Shown: positions 40,109 to 48,345 of the stretch, piece by piece
Position numbering within the stretch: position 1 is the stretch's first letter
How the letters are laid out: every line of letters begins with the position of its first letter
Source: a virus
IMG/VR virus record: IMGVR_UViG_3300044632_002025
DNA: 64,000 nt
Strand: one strand, 5' to 3'
Made by a program: the position numbers and the translations under genes
Notes under the pieces: generated by a model
What the model saw: the letters and a program-made list of their open reading frames with translations, nothing else
Told to the model about the DNA's origin: nothing
Databases searched by the model: none

Positions 40109-40290
40109 GACCAGACCCCGTTTAACCACTTCCACCCAACCTGACCCAGTTAGCTAAGGGTGGAAGTGGGGGGGTTCTTGGGTTTTTTTATGGAGACCTC
40201 CTTGATTCCACTTGGTCGGATTGGGTTGAATCTGGTTTGACCCTGCCAGCCCCAGCCTAAGCCAACCAGCCCCAGCCATTCCTTACTAAG

Positions 40291-40448
40291 GGGGTAGGGG
40301 GGTTAGGTTGGTTTTTCAGGGCGACCCCCCTTATTTCATCCCTCCCAAGTTTAACAGGGCTTAACTGGGTTTGACCCCCCAGACCCCCTTTTACCTTGGG
40401 TATGAGTATTTATACCTATTTCTAAAGACATAGTACGGGGTTTGACCC
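40291..40448. repeat. Direct repeat of about 156 bp, copy b
   Basis: See 39953-40108. A third unit starts at about 40497 but diverges after about 25 bp. Confidence 0.85.
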
Positions 40449-40670
40449 TGCCAGACCAGTCTTAGCCAACCAGTCCCAACTATTCTATACTAGGGGGGTA
40501 GGGGGGGTTAGGTTGGTTTTTATAACGGACAGTTATAACTCCGCACCTGGTCTGACCTGTTTTAGCCCGGTTCAACCCCAGTTTAATACATTTGTACTAT
40601 ATAAATCCACAACTGGGGGGGTTCGAGGCATTTTTCACCCCCCTAGTTTCCCCTTTAGACTCAGATGAAA

Positions 40671-40742
40671 CCCAGTCTGGCCATGTTCAACCCAGTCTGG
40701 TCATGTTCAACCCCGTCTGGCCATGCTTAACCCAGTCTGGTA
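40671..40742. repeat. Tandem 20-bp repeat, 3.5 copies (CCCAGTCTGGCCATGTTCAA)
   Basis: Units at 40671, 40691, 40711 and 40731 (partial). Confidence 0.9.
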
Positions 40743-41280
40743 CAAGTGTACTAAGGGTCTAACAAGTAGGGGGGTTACTTGAATCTGAAATTCTCTCCGA
40801 ACCCCCCCACTTGCCCCCTTAGACCCAGGTGAAACCTAGACAGGACAAGGTTTCCAGGTTGCCCCCTGACTTCCCCTATTAGGACTTAATTGCCGTTGTT
40901 GATGATGGTTAGACCAAGTTTAAAATCTGTCAAAAGTTCAGTGTTTTAAGGGTTGCAAAATATTCACGCCCAAGTTATAATAGGGAAAGAGTCTTGAGGT
41001 CAAATTATACTCTAGGACAAACATTTAACCTAACCATTTTTAGGAAATGTATAAATGGATACATTTTGGGTCAAACTGGGGCTTAAGGGACACCAACATC
41101 GTCAAACCATTCCAGCATGGGGTTTGCGGGGGATTTGCCAAGTCGAAACTGGAGTAGATAGGGCTAACTGGGAAATTGATGCCCTGGACATAAAAAACCA
41201 AAGCAACCCCCCCACTTGATGGGTTAAAACAGGGCTATATCTTTAGAGGTAGGTATAAATACTCATACCTTGTACATAAC

Positions 41281-41350
41281 GGTTAGTCGAGGGCAGTGCG
41301 GGGAGAATTAGTCCTCCCCTGTAGAAAAAACTGACCTACCCCCCCCCACC
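41281..41350. repeat. Direct repeat of about 70 bp, copy a
   Basis: GGTTAGTCGAGGGCAGTGCGGGGAGAATTAGTCCTCCCCTGTAGAAAAAAC... recurs at 41372-41440. It contains the hairpin GGGGAG..CTCCCC. Confidence 0.85.
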
Positions 41351-41371
41351 CCCCCTAGGAGATGAGAGACT

Positions 41372-41440
41372 GGTTAGTCGAAGGCAGTGCGGGGGGAATT
41401 AGGTCTCCCCCGTAGAAAAAAACTTATCCACCCCCCTACC
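41372..41440. repeat. Direct repeat of about 70 bp, copy b
   Basis: See 41281-41350. Confidence 0.85.
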
Positions 41441-41616
41441 TACCCCGTTGACGGGTTAACCTAGAAACTCTACGGGGTCGGGACTTCAGTAACAACTAGG
41501 GGGGTTATTTTAGGATTCAGACCCCCCCTAGTTGGGAATTTAATACCTAAAACAAATAGGGTTTTATCAACTCTAAACAGGTTAGACATTGATAAAACCT
41601 ATTCGCTATGTTAGCC

Positions 41617-42351
41617 TTACTCTAAACCAATTTGTTTGATTTTGCCAATTTCACAAGCCTTTTTGACAGCTTCAAATGGTTCTAAACCATCTTCAACAAT
41701 AAATCTGGAAGCTAATTCTTCTGCAAACTTTAGCTCTCTTAAGGCTTCAGTAGGAATATGGTCACGGATAGCTCCTGATTCCTTAAGTTGATAGTGGTCT
41801 TTGGCTTGTTTTGATTTAACGCCTAAGACTAGCCCATTGAGATAGTCTGTAGAATTAGGATAGATGAACTTTTTGTAATTAGAACTTAGTTCTGGGTTAT
41901 TTTCCAAATAATATTTGAAAGAGTCAGTTAGGGTGCGACGGGCGATTTTGCTTTCAACTCTGGTTTGGAGACGGTCATTGCGTTCTTCTTCAGTACGTTG
42001 AATATTGAAAGCATGGTCTAAGCGACGTTCTAAAGATTCTACCAAACAGGAAAAAGCTACGGCTTGGCATTTTTTGTTGCCCAGTTGAGCATAAGCACTT
42101 ACTATAGTACAAAAGGTCTCCATACCCATAAGTCTAGCTAATGCGTTAGTACCCTCTACATGAACCTTCTCAACAGAAAGATTGTCCAGTGCCAGTAAGG
42201 GTTTGGCGTATTTTTTACCGGTTGAGTCACCTATAAGAATATCTAATGCTTTGCAACCATTTTGGGACATAGCATAGCTACCATCAGGTAATTGATACCC
42301 TTCAAGTTGGATGCCGCCTAATTTAATTGTGGCTTTTTTGGCTTTGTTGTT
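41617..42351 (-). CDS. Hypothetical protein
   Basis: Start set at ATG 42351 (MNNKAKKATIKLGG). The track start overlaps the TATAAT box at about 42401-42406. Confidence 0.55.
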   Translation of the reverse strand, partial: NNKAKKATIKLGGIQLEGYQLPDGSYAMSQNGCKALDILIGDSTGKKYAKPLLALDNLSVEKVHVEGTNALARLMGMETFCTIVSAYAQLGNKKCQAVAFSCLVESLERRLDHAFNIQRTEEERNDRLQTRVESKIARRTLTDSFKYYLENNPELSSNYKKFIYPNSTDYLNGLVLGVKSKQAKDHYQLKESGAIRDHIPTEALRELKFAEELASRFIVEDGLEPFEAVKKACEIGKIKQIGLE

Positions 42352-42456
42352 CATAGCTAAATTCCAGTCTGTGAAAAAGAATAACAGACCATAAATCAAT
42401 TATAGCAATTTGTCAATGTTCAGACAATGTGAAAAATACGGAAATCCTGACCCCTG

Positions 42457-42476
42457 TTAGACAATAACGCCCAAAG
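42457..42476 (+). promoter_or_regulatory. Late-type motif TTAGACAATAACGCCCAAAG
   Basis: The same 17-mer core occurs at 58055-58074 (+) and 18660-18677 (-). Related CGC(C/T)CA(A/G)AC copies lie upstream of other structural genes. Confidence 0.4.
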
Positions 42477-42513
42477 CAGAAAATGTAAACCCAAGTGTAC
42501 AATTAAAAGAGAT

Positions 42514-43131
42514 ATGACACCGGAAGAAATTAAACTATTATTAGAGGAATCGCAACAGGCGTTTCTATCCCAACTACAAGGGGAATTGGGAACGCTAAAG
42601 GCAGGCATCTTAAGCGAGGTAGACCGAAAAAACAGTGGATTGGCGAGTAGTCTACAAAAATCCTGGGATAAAAAAACCACTAAAGCACCCGAACCTGAGC
42701 CAGAATTAGAAGTGGAAGTGGAGACACCCAAACAGAAACTAAGTCTTCAAGCCCTACAGAAACAGATTGAAGATTTGAAAAAACAGTCAGAGGAAAAAGA
42801 CAGAAAAATAGTTGCCAAAGAATTAGAATCCACATTAAATGCAACAATCTCCAAATTTAAACCGCTAGACTTAGGAATTGCGACCAAAGCCTTTAAGCTA
42901 CAGTACGAGGATAACTTAGTTTACGAGGATGGTGTAGCCTTTGTCAAAAATGGGGATAATGTGGAAAGTCTGGATGAGGCGTTAGGAAAATTCCTAGAAA
43001 CTGATTTCGGTAAAAGTCTATTACCCCCGACATCCAAAGCTCGTGGTGCTGGATTAAAACCCCAAAACAGTAGCCCTGCCCCCACAGAGGGGAAACGGGA
43101 CATTCTGGAAGATTTGTTTATTGAGGATTAA
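42514..43131 (+). CDS. Scaffolding-like protein
   Basis: 205-aa K/E-rich, predicted helical protein immediately upstream of the capsid gene. Assignment is by position and composition only. Confidence 0.45.
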   Translation: MTPEEIKLLLEESQQAFLSQLQGELGTLKAGILSEVDRKNSGLASSLQKSWDKKTTKAPEPEPELEVEVETPKQKLSLQALQKQIEDLKKQSEEKDRKIVAKELESTLNATISKFKPLDLGIATKAFKLQYEDNLVYEDGVAFVKNGDNVESLDEALGKFLETDFGKSLLPPTSKARGAGLKPQNSSPAPTEGKRDILEDLFIED

Positions 43132-43142
43132 GTTAAGGTTAA

Positions 43143-43165
43143 GAGGGTTCTAAAACAGAACCCTC
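43143..43165. terminator. Hairpin between convergent genes
   Basis: GAGGGTTCT-aaaac-AGAACCCTC. Confidence 0.5.
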
Positions 43166-43170
43166 CCCCC

Positions 43171-43488
43171 CTACCCCAAATTACCCCAAACGAGTCCATC
43201 ATGGGTAGTCAGGCAATATAGAGCCTCGACTACCTTAATTAGTTTTAAAGTCAGAAACGGGGTAAGTTCGGGTAGTTTAGAGAGGGCAAACAAATCACGA
43301 ATGATACCATCAAAAGCATTACAACGGATAACAGAAAGACTAACACAGATAGGGTTGTTATAGTCAGAAGAACCTAGTAGGGCAAGGCGTTCAGCCAATT
43401 CATAGGGGGCGGAGTCGAGACCAGAGATAAGGAAAGAAATATTGCAATGGGTCTCAAACTTTTCCAATTCCAACTGAAATATACGCAT
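43171..43488 (-). CDS. Hypothetical protein inserted antisense between the scaffold-like and capsid genes
   Basis: ORF with probable start MRIFQLELEKF (ATG 43488). Confidence 0.45.
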   Translation of the reverse strand: MRIFQLELEKFETHCNISFLISGLDSAPYELAERLALLGSSDYNNPICVSLSVIRCNAFDGIIRDLFALSKLPELTPFLTLKLIKVVEALYCLTTHDGLVWGNLG

Positions 43489-43645
43489 CTTAACACCTAC
43501 CAATATTTAGACTTAGATTGAGCGGAGTAAAAAGGGGTTCGCCCATTTCCTATTATAGAGGCGAACTACGGCCTATTGAACAGTAGAAACCCTGTGTGGG
43601 ATAAAACACAAAAGAATCTACTGAAAATAATAGGAAAATTAGAAA

Positions 43646-44692
43646 ATGGCAAAGCTTAATTTAGCAGTAGTCAACACGATTTTTTCGGAATTGTTGACCA
43701 AAGAGGTAAACCGTGAAGCAACCTTCTTGTCGTTGCTGTCGAAGTTACCCGAACGTAAGTCCAATATCCAGTGGTCTGTAGGAGTTGGTGGAACGCAAGC
43801 AACGGGAGTAGCAATTACTGGTTCAGCACCTGCGGCCAGCCAAGACGTAACTATTCCGGCACAGTTACCCATCAATAGTTCTTCGTTACAATCTACTTTC
43901 ACCTTGAACTTGAAAGAGATTGAGGAAGCTAAAGAAATGGTTTCCAATGCAGAATTACGTCAGTTGCTGTCTGCACAAATGCGTAATGCAGTAGACGAAC
44001 AAGCTACTACTTTAAACCGTAAATTATACAATGGAACCGGTGCGATTTCTGATGGAGGAATCATCGGTCTATCCATTGCGGCTGGTACTGGAGATTATGC
44101 GGGTATTCCTTCAGCGACCTACCCTTTATGGCAAGGACAGGTCGTAGATTGCTGGGATGCCGCCGCCGCCGCCGCCGACAAACGCCAAGCCTTAAAAACC
44201 GACTTTATGCTGGAATTAGACCGTAAAATCCGCTACCGTCCTGGTCGGTATGACCTAATCCTAACTACCCCTAAAGTCGTTGAACAATACAAGAAAGTCT
44301 TTGAAGCCAATCGTAGCTTCCAAATCATGACTTTTGACGGCAACCGAGTTCCTTTGGTGGACTTAGGATTCAACGTGGCTGGTTACATGGGAACCCCAAT
44401 CATCGATGATGTGTATTGTAACCGTACCCGTACTGCGGCTGAATCGGCCATTACCACTGCTCTCGGTACTGATGTTGACGAAGGTGTAATGTATTTCTTA
44501 CGTCGTGAAGACTTAACGTTCTATTCCGCACCCGTACAGAACTCGTTTTCGGCTAACGGTGTTTATACCTTAATGCGTCAACTGGCTCAAACTAGCTTGT
44601 ATGTGGACAACTTCGTAGTTGGTTGTATTGCCCAGTTGCAATTAGCCACTCGGAAAAACGTTGGAGTTATCCGTAATATTAAAGTCGCCTAA
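43646..44692 (+). CDS. Major capsid protein (probable)
   Basis: 348 aa, follows the scaffold-like gene and is followed by a strong terminator. The N-terminal pattern is reminiscent of T7 gp10-type capsid proteins. Unverified. Confidence 0.6.
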   Translation: MAKLNLAVVNTIFSELLTKEVNREATFLSLLSKLPERKSNIQWSVGVGGTQATGVAITGSAPAASQDVTIPAQLPINSSSLQSTFTLNLKEIEEAKEMVSNAELRQLLSAQMRNAVDEQATTLNRKLYNGTGAISDGGIIGLSIAAGTGDYAGIPSATYPLWQGQVVDCWDAAAAAADKRQALKTDFMLELDRKIRYRPGRYDLILTTPKVVEQYKKVFEANRSFQIMTFDGNRVPLVDLGFNVAGYMGTPIIDDVYCNRTRTAAESAITTALGTDVDEGVMYFLRREDLTFYSAPVQNSFSANGVYTLMRQLAQTSLYVDNFVVGCIAQLQLATRKNVGVIRNIKVA

Positions 44693-44711
44693 GACTTAAT
44701 AAACCCTAAAT

Positions 44712-44739
44712 CACCCCTTTAACGGGGGGTGGTTTTTTG
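44712..44739 (+). terminator. Rho-independent terminator after the capsid gene
   Basis: CACCCC...GGGGTG stem followed by T6. Confidence 0.7.
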
Positions 44740-44843
44740 TCCTTACCCCACGCCTAAGTGTACGGGAATCCCTACTGAAAGACCGTAGATAATGCTGGAA
44801 AAATTGGCATATAATGGAAGGGAACATACATTATAGGTCAAAT

Positions 44844-45521
44844 ATGGCTATCATTCCAAGCAATCAGACTGAATTACTCGCTTTCGTTTCCCAAGATGCC
44901 AGTGAACAAGGGAATTTGTCAATCCGTGGCGTGGCGAAAATGGTGGGAGTAGACGATATGTCTATCATCCGAGCCTGTAAATTTCTAGAGATATACATGG
45001 AGGATGAAACTATAAAGCCGTCCGATACCGTTCTACTATTGGATTATTTATCTGAAACAGATAGTACATTATTATCCGAAAGTTTTGTTAGACGCTTTGG
45101 CTTACTGGGTATTTATGCTTCGACAATCCATTTGTTTGATGGGGTGAGTTTAGGACAAGCTTATAAGACAGCCGCACTAAGTTCTGAGGATTGCCTCAAA
45201 GGATTATTTCAGCAAACTAACAAGGGGAAAAGTAAGGTTACAGGCTATATTTATTGGATACAGCAAGCTACAACAGGTTACACAAAGATAGGGGTTAGTG
45301 TAGACCCCTATAAAAGACTAAGTTCATTACAAGTGGCATCGCCTACCCGTTTAACCTTAATACATAAAAAGCGGTATAATAATTGTGATTTATATGAAAT
45401 AGAGAAACGTATTCACAGACAATATAAAGAATATCATGTCTTAGGCGAATGGTTTGCGCTACCTCAAGATGTGGTCACTAATTTAACTAAGTCCAATAGT
45501 AAGTCTAACGGATTAGGCTAA
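44844..45521 (+). CDS. T5orf172 / GIY-YIG-like domain protein
   Basis: GYIYWIQQATTGYTKIGVSVDPYKRLSSLQ...LYEIEKRIHRQYKEYHVLGEWFALP fits the T5orf172 pattern (vYi...KIG.t.n..R...l...lE..lH..f...r..gEWF). Start set at ATG 44844, downstream of TATAAT at 44806-44811. Confidence 0.6.
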   Translation: MAIIPSNQTELLAFVSQDASEQGNLSIRGVAKMVGVDDMSIIRACKFLEIYMEDETIKPSDTVLLLDYLSETDSTLLSESFVRRFGLLGIYASTIHLFDGVSLGQAYKTAALSSEDCLKGLFQQTNKGKSKVTGYIYWIQQATTGYTKIGVSVDPYKRLSSLQVASPTRLTLIHKKRYNNCDLYEIEKRIHRQYKEYHVLGEWFALPQDVVTNLTKSNSKSNGLG

Positions 45522-45536
45522 ACTAAACAAAATGGG

Positions 45537-45562
45537 GAGGGTCTAAAAGCCCTCTTTTTTTT
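45537..45562 (+). terminator. Rho-independent terminator
   Basis: GAGGG...CCCTC stem followed by T8. Confidence 0.55.
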
Positions 45563-45643
45563 GTCCTTACCAGTCTTAACAAAACTTAACATGGGTAAAA
45601 CCACAACGCTCAAACTAAATAAAACACCTGCCAAGAGATAAAA

Positions 45644-46003
45644 ATGCTGTTCACACCAGATGAAATATCTAGAATTAAAATAGCACTTGGGTATGAAGAA
45701 TTTCCTAAGTATGAAGCTGATGTGCAGTTCATGCTAGAAGTGATTGAAGACGAAGTGCGCTATAACAGAATCTTATTTCTACTGGACAAAGTGGAAGAAA
45801 TAGATAGTAAAATACAACAATATGTAGAGAAACTCTATGTAGAACAGGTAGAGGGTATAACTTTGAACTATGAAAAAGTGGTACTGGGATTGAAAAAAGA
45901 AGGTCTGCGGAGACTAAAAGAATTGTCTTGGCAGACCAACTTAGATATAAGAAACTCCCCGTTCAAAGGCGGGGAGTCAGGGTTTAGCTTTGTCGCCTAT
46001 TGA
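45644..46003 (+). CDS. Hypothetical protein
   Basis: 119-aa ORF. The ACAACGCTCAAACTAAA motif (45603-45619) lies upstream. Confidence 0.5.
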   Translation: MLFTPDEISRIKIALGYEEFPKYEADVQFMLEVIEDEVRYNRILFLLDKVEEIDSKIQQYVEKLYVEQVEGITLNYEKVVLGLKKEGLRRLKELSWQTNLDIRNSPFKGGESGFSFVAY

Positions 46004-46446
46004 GAAAAGGGAGGTAGTTTACAGGTTTCTGTTGTTTTGATTAGGAACTGGAGTTGCTCGGCTTTCATCAAGACATCAGAGTAGTCTACCCCATCTTGAA
46101 TATGCCAAGACCAATATTTTAGGTCATCCATGACTTCTTCCAATTCCAATCGGGTAGCGATTTCTGCTTGACGTGCCATGTCTTTGTCTTCTGGGGGTAG
46201 AAATTGTACAGTACCGCCTTTGAAGGGGGGATTCTCGGTAATTAACCAAATTACTTGAGGTACGATACCTGTTTTTATTTTAGTCCAAGCAAGGTAATAC
46301 TTTCCTCGGCAAAAAACAACTGCCATATCCCCATTTTGCTTTAACTCAGTCACTTCAAAAATCGCCCCCCCACAAGGTTCTCCCTCAAAACAATCTTGAC
46401 CCCGTAGGATGAAGACATCGCCTAATTCGAGAAATCCCTTAGTCAT
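45997..46446 (-). CDS. Hypothetical protein
   Basis: 149-aa ORF, last gene of the minus-strand block that runs sigma, ThyX, this ORF. Confidence 0.5.
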   Translation of the reverse strand: MTKGFLELGDVFILRGQDCFEGEPCGGAIFEVTELKQNGDMAVVFCRGKYYLAWTKIKTGIVPQVIWLITENPPFKGGTVQFLPPEDKDMARQAEIATRLELEEVMDDLKYWSWHIQDGVDYSDVLMKAEQLQFLIKTTETCKLPPFSQ

Positions 46447-46675
46447 ATAAACTCCTTGTTAGTTGTGTTCAGTTTAACAGATTACAATACCGTTGTCAAC
46501 CCTGGGATGAGGTGAAAAGACAACCCCATCCTTCAGAATCTTTGATGTGCTGTTCTAACCAGTGGTCGAGCAAATCCTCTGCATCATCCGTTTCCGTCTC
46601 AGCCAGAGTAGTCAGGATGTCAAGGTTTTCAATGAAAGTCCTAGTTTTCCGTGGTCAAAGGGACGGGTTTTACTC

Positions 46676-47632
46676 CTAAAGATGAGAATCTTGGTCAGAA
46701 TCAAAAAAGTCCTTTGCTTCTAAATCGGAGTTAAATGGCTTAACCCATTGGGTAATTTTTTGGCGGATTTCAGTCCCATTAAGAATCCTGGTATCTTTTT
46801 CCATAGCAGAGTCACCAGACTCACCTGTAAAAAATTTACGGGCAGGAACCCAACCAATAAACCCGCCACACATCACAGATGCGTCGATGGCTACGGCAGT
46901 ATGCTCTAAAGCTGACCAATGCTTTGAGCTAACTAGACGTAAAAATAGTTTAACATCCTTTTCCACATCCATATTCCCTTCGTGGTTTAGGTAAGACACT
47001 CTCGCACAACGAGAGGCTGACAGAGCAATGAGTAAAAGAGTATTACCTTTGTACAGTTCTCTTTCCTCATGGGTTACATAGGGCAGATGCAAACCACCAT
47101 CTGATAGGATATAAGCAGAACATTTGTGGTAAGCCTCAAGCATTAAGCGGGCTACTTTTCTAATCTCTGGCTGGGCTTTTTCAGAAGTACGAAGTTCAAA
47201 AAAGTTGAACCATTGAGTGCCGGTCAGCACCACATCCACCATTTGAAAAGGCTCAGTAAGTCGGTTCACAATTTCTTTATGAACCCCAAGCAGGTTCAAT
47301 AAATTAGCCCAAAACCGTTGGGAGTGCATGGAGCAGAACCATACAAGGTCAGCTAATTTAGCCTTTAGACCCGTCAGGGGCTTACCAGCTTGCATTCCTG
47401 ACTTATTCGTACCCCATTGGTCAGGGTGATAGGGATTCTCTACTAATTTTCGGTCTTTTTTCTTAATCGGAACAGCCCGATTCGACTCGGTATTAGAGGA
47501 CAAAATACGGTGTTTATTGAGTTGAGCTAAGACAAATCGGGGAATACGAATTTGAAAAGTGGTAATAGTGTCGCCTGTGATGGAATTGACACTTTGTTCG
47601 ATGACCTTAGCGTGGTATTGGGTAGGTTTCAA
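46676..47632 (-). CDS. thyX: Flavin-dependent thymidylate synthase (ThyX-like)
   Basis: KHRILSSNTESNR matches the ThyX signature RHRxxSxxxxSxR with the first R replaced by K. It is preceded by IPRFVLAQL, and HWSALEH appears later. Confidence 0.7.
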   Translation of the reverse strand: MKPTQYHAKVIEQSVNSITGDTITTFQIRIPRFVLAQLNKHRILSSNTESNRAVPIKKKDRKLVENPYHPDQWGTNKSGMQAGKPLTGLKAKLADLVWFCSMHSQRFWANLLNLLGVHKEIVNRLTEPFQMVDVVLTGTQWFNFFELRTSEKAQPEIRKVARLMLEAYHKCSAYILSDGGLHLPYVTHEERELYKGNTLLLIALSASRCARVSYLNHEGNMDVEKDVKLFLRLVSSKHWSALEHTAVAIDASVMCGGFIGWVPARKFFTGESGDSAMEKDTRILNGTEIRQKITQWVKPFNSDLEAKDFFDSDQDSHL

Positions 47633-48120
47633 GAATTTGCTCCTAATTTCTTAATTTTTCTGACTTCTGACTTATAAGTTCGCAGGGTAAGACCCAGAGT
47701 TTTAGCTATTACCTCTTGGGTAAGACCCATTAGACGTTTGCGGACAATTTGCTTTTGGAGGGGGGTGAGTTTTGACCAGAAGAGGTTCAGGGTCATTTGG
47801 TATTCAGTGGAATCGACTAGGGATGCCATATTGTCTAGGGGAAAATCTCGAAGTTGGCATTCCATGACATAGGTTTTGTGCCGAATAAGGCGGAACCTTT
47901 TGCGAATATCCAACCAGCAATAGCTGGTGAGCGTTCCTTTGTTGGGGTTCCAAGTCTTAAGTTTTTCTAGAACCAGACAAAGACCTTCCTGAAAGTAATC
48001 CTCTCCTTTGACTGACGTATCACGCATAGCACGACGGATAGCGGGGATTTGGGATTTAACCAAATTTAGTTTAGACGTTTCACAGGCTTGTTGTTCGATG
48101 GTTAGATGACAGTATTCCAT
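47629..48120 (-). CDS. Phage sigma-70 family (group 4/ECF-like) sigma factor
   Basis: Region 2-like EDYFQEGLCLVLEKLKTWNPNKGTLTSYCWLDIRKRF and region 4 HTH LTPLQKQIVRKRLMGLTQEVIAKTLGLTLRTYKSEVRKI. Start set at ATG 48120 because the upstream part belongs to the shared leader. Confidence 0.7.
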   Translation of the reverse strand: MEYCHLTIEQQACETSKLNLVKSQIPAIRRAMRDTSVKGEDYFQEGLCLVLEKLKTWNPNKGTLTSYCWLDIRKRFRLIRHKTYVMECQLRDFPLDNMASLVDSTEYQMTLNLFWSKLTPLQKQIVRKRLMGLTQEVIAKTLGLTLRTYKSEVRKIKKLGANS

Positions 48121-48290
48121 GACAGAGGTTTTGAATTTTAGACGGCTTAACCCCACTCCACAAGCTAACTGCTCGTTTTACCCTAGTTAAAGGGGGTTTT
48201 AACCCTGATTGATTAAGCTTGGTTCTCACTTAACCAGTTTTTTGTTGGGTTAACCCCAGTATAACAGAGAGTAGATTAGGTGTCAAGGGG
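48121..48290 (-). promoter_or_regulatory. Promoter plus conserved long leader of the sigma factor gene (copy B, inverted)
   Basis: On the minus strand: TTGACA (48281-48286), 17 nt, TATACT (48258-48263). The leader is near-identical to 11865-11989. Confidence 0.65.
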
Positions 48291-48345
48291 TTTGAGAAAA
48301 AATCGCCCAAAGCTAAGTTAGACCCCGCTTGGAGTATAACTGAGG

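Noticed and set aside
39900-40640. tRNA-like T-loop strings (GGTTCAAAT at about 39919, GGTTCGAGG at about 40617)
   Set aside because: No acceptor, D or anticodon stems can be drawn around them. They are parts of G/C-stem hairpins.
42420-42731. 103-aa minus-strand ORF overlapping the start of the scaffold-like gene
   Set aside because: It is antisense to a well-supported late gene and its upstream motif, with S/G/L-rich low-complexity translation.
46447-46675. Possible small acidic minus-strand ORF between ThyX and 45997..46446 (..IENLDILTTLAETETDDAEDLLDHWLEQH..)
   Set aside because: The open frame has no ATG, GTG or TTG start with an RBS after the upstream in-frame stop. It may be a decayed gene, but I cannot support a call.
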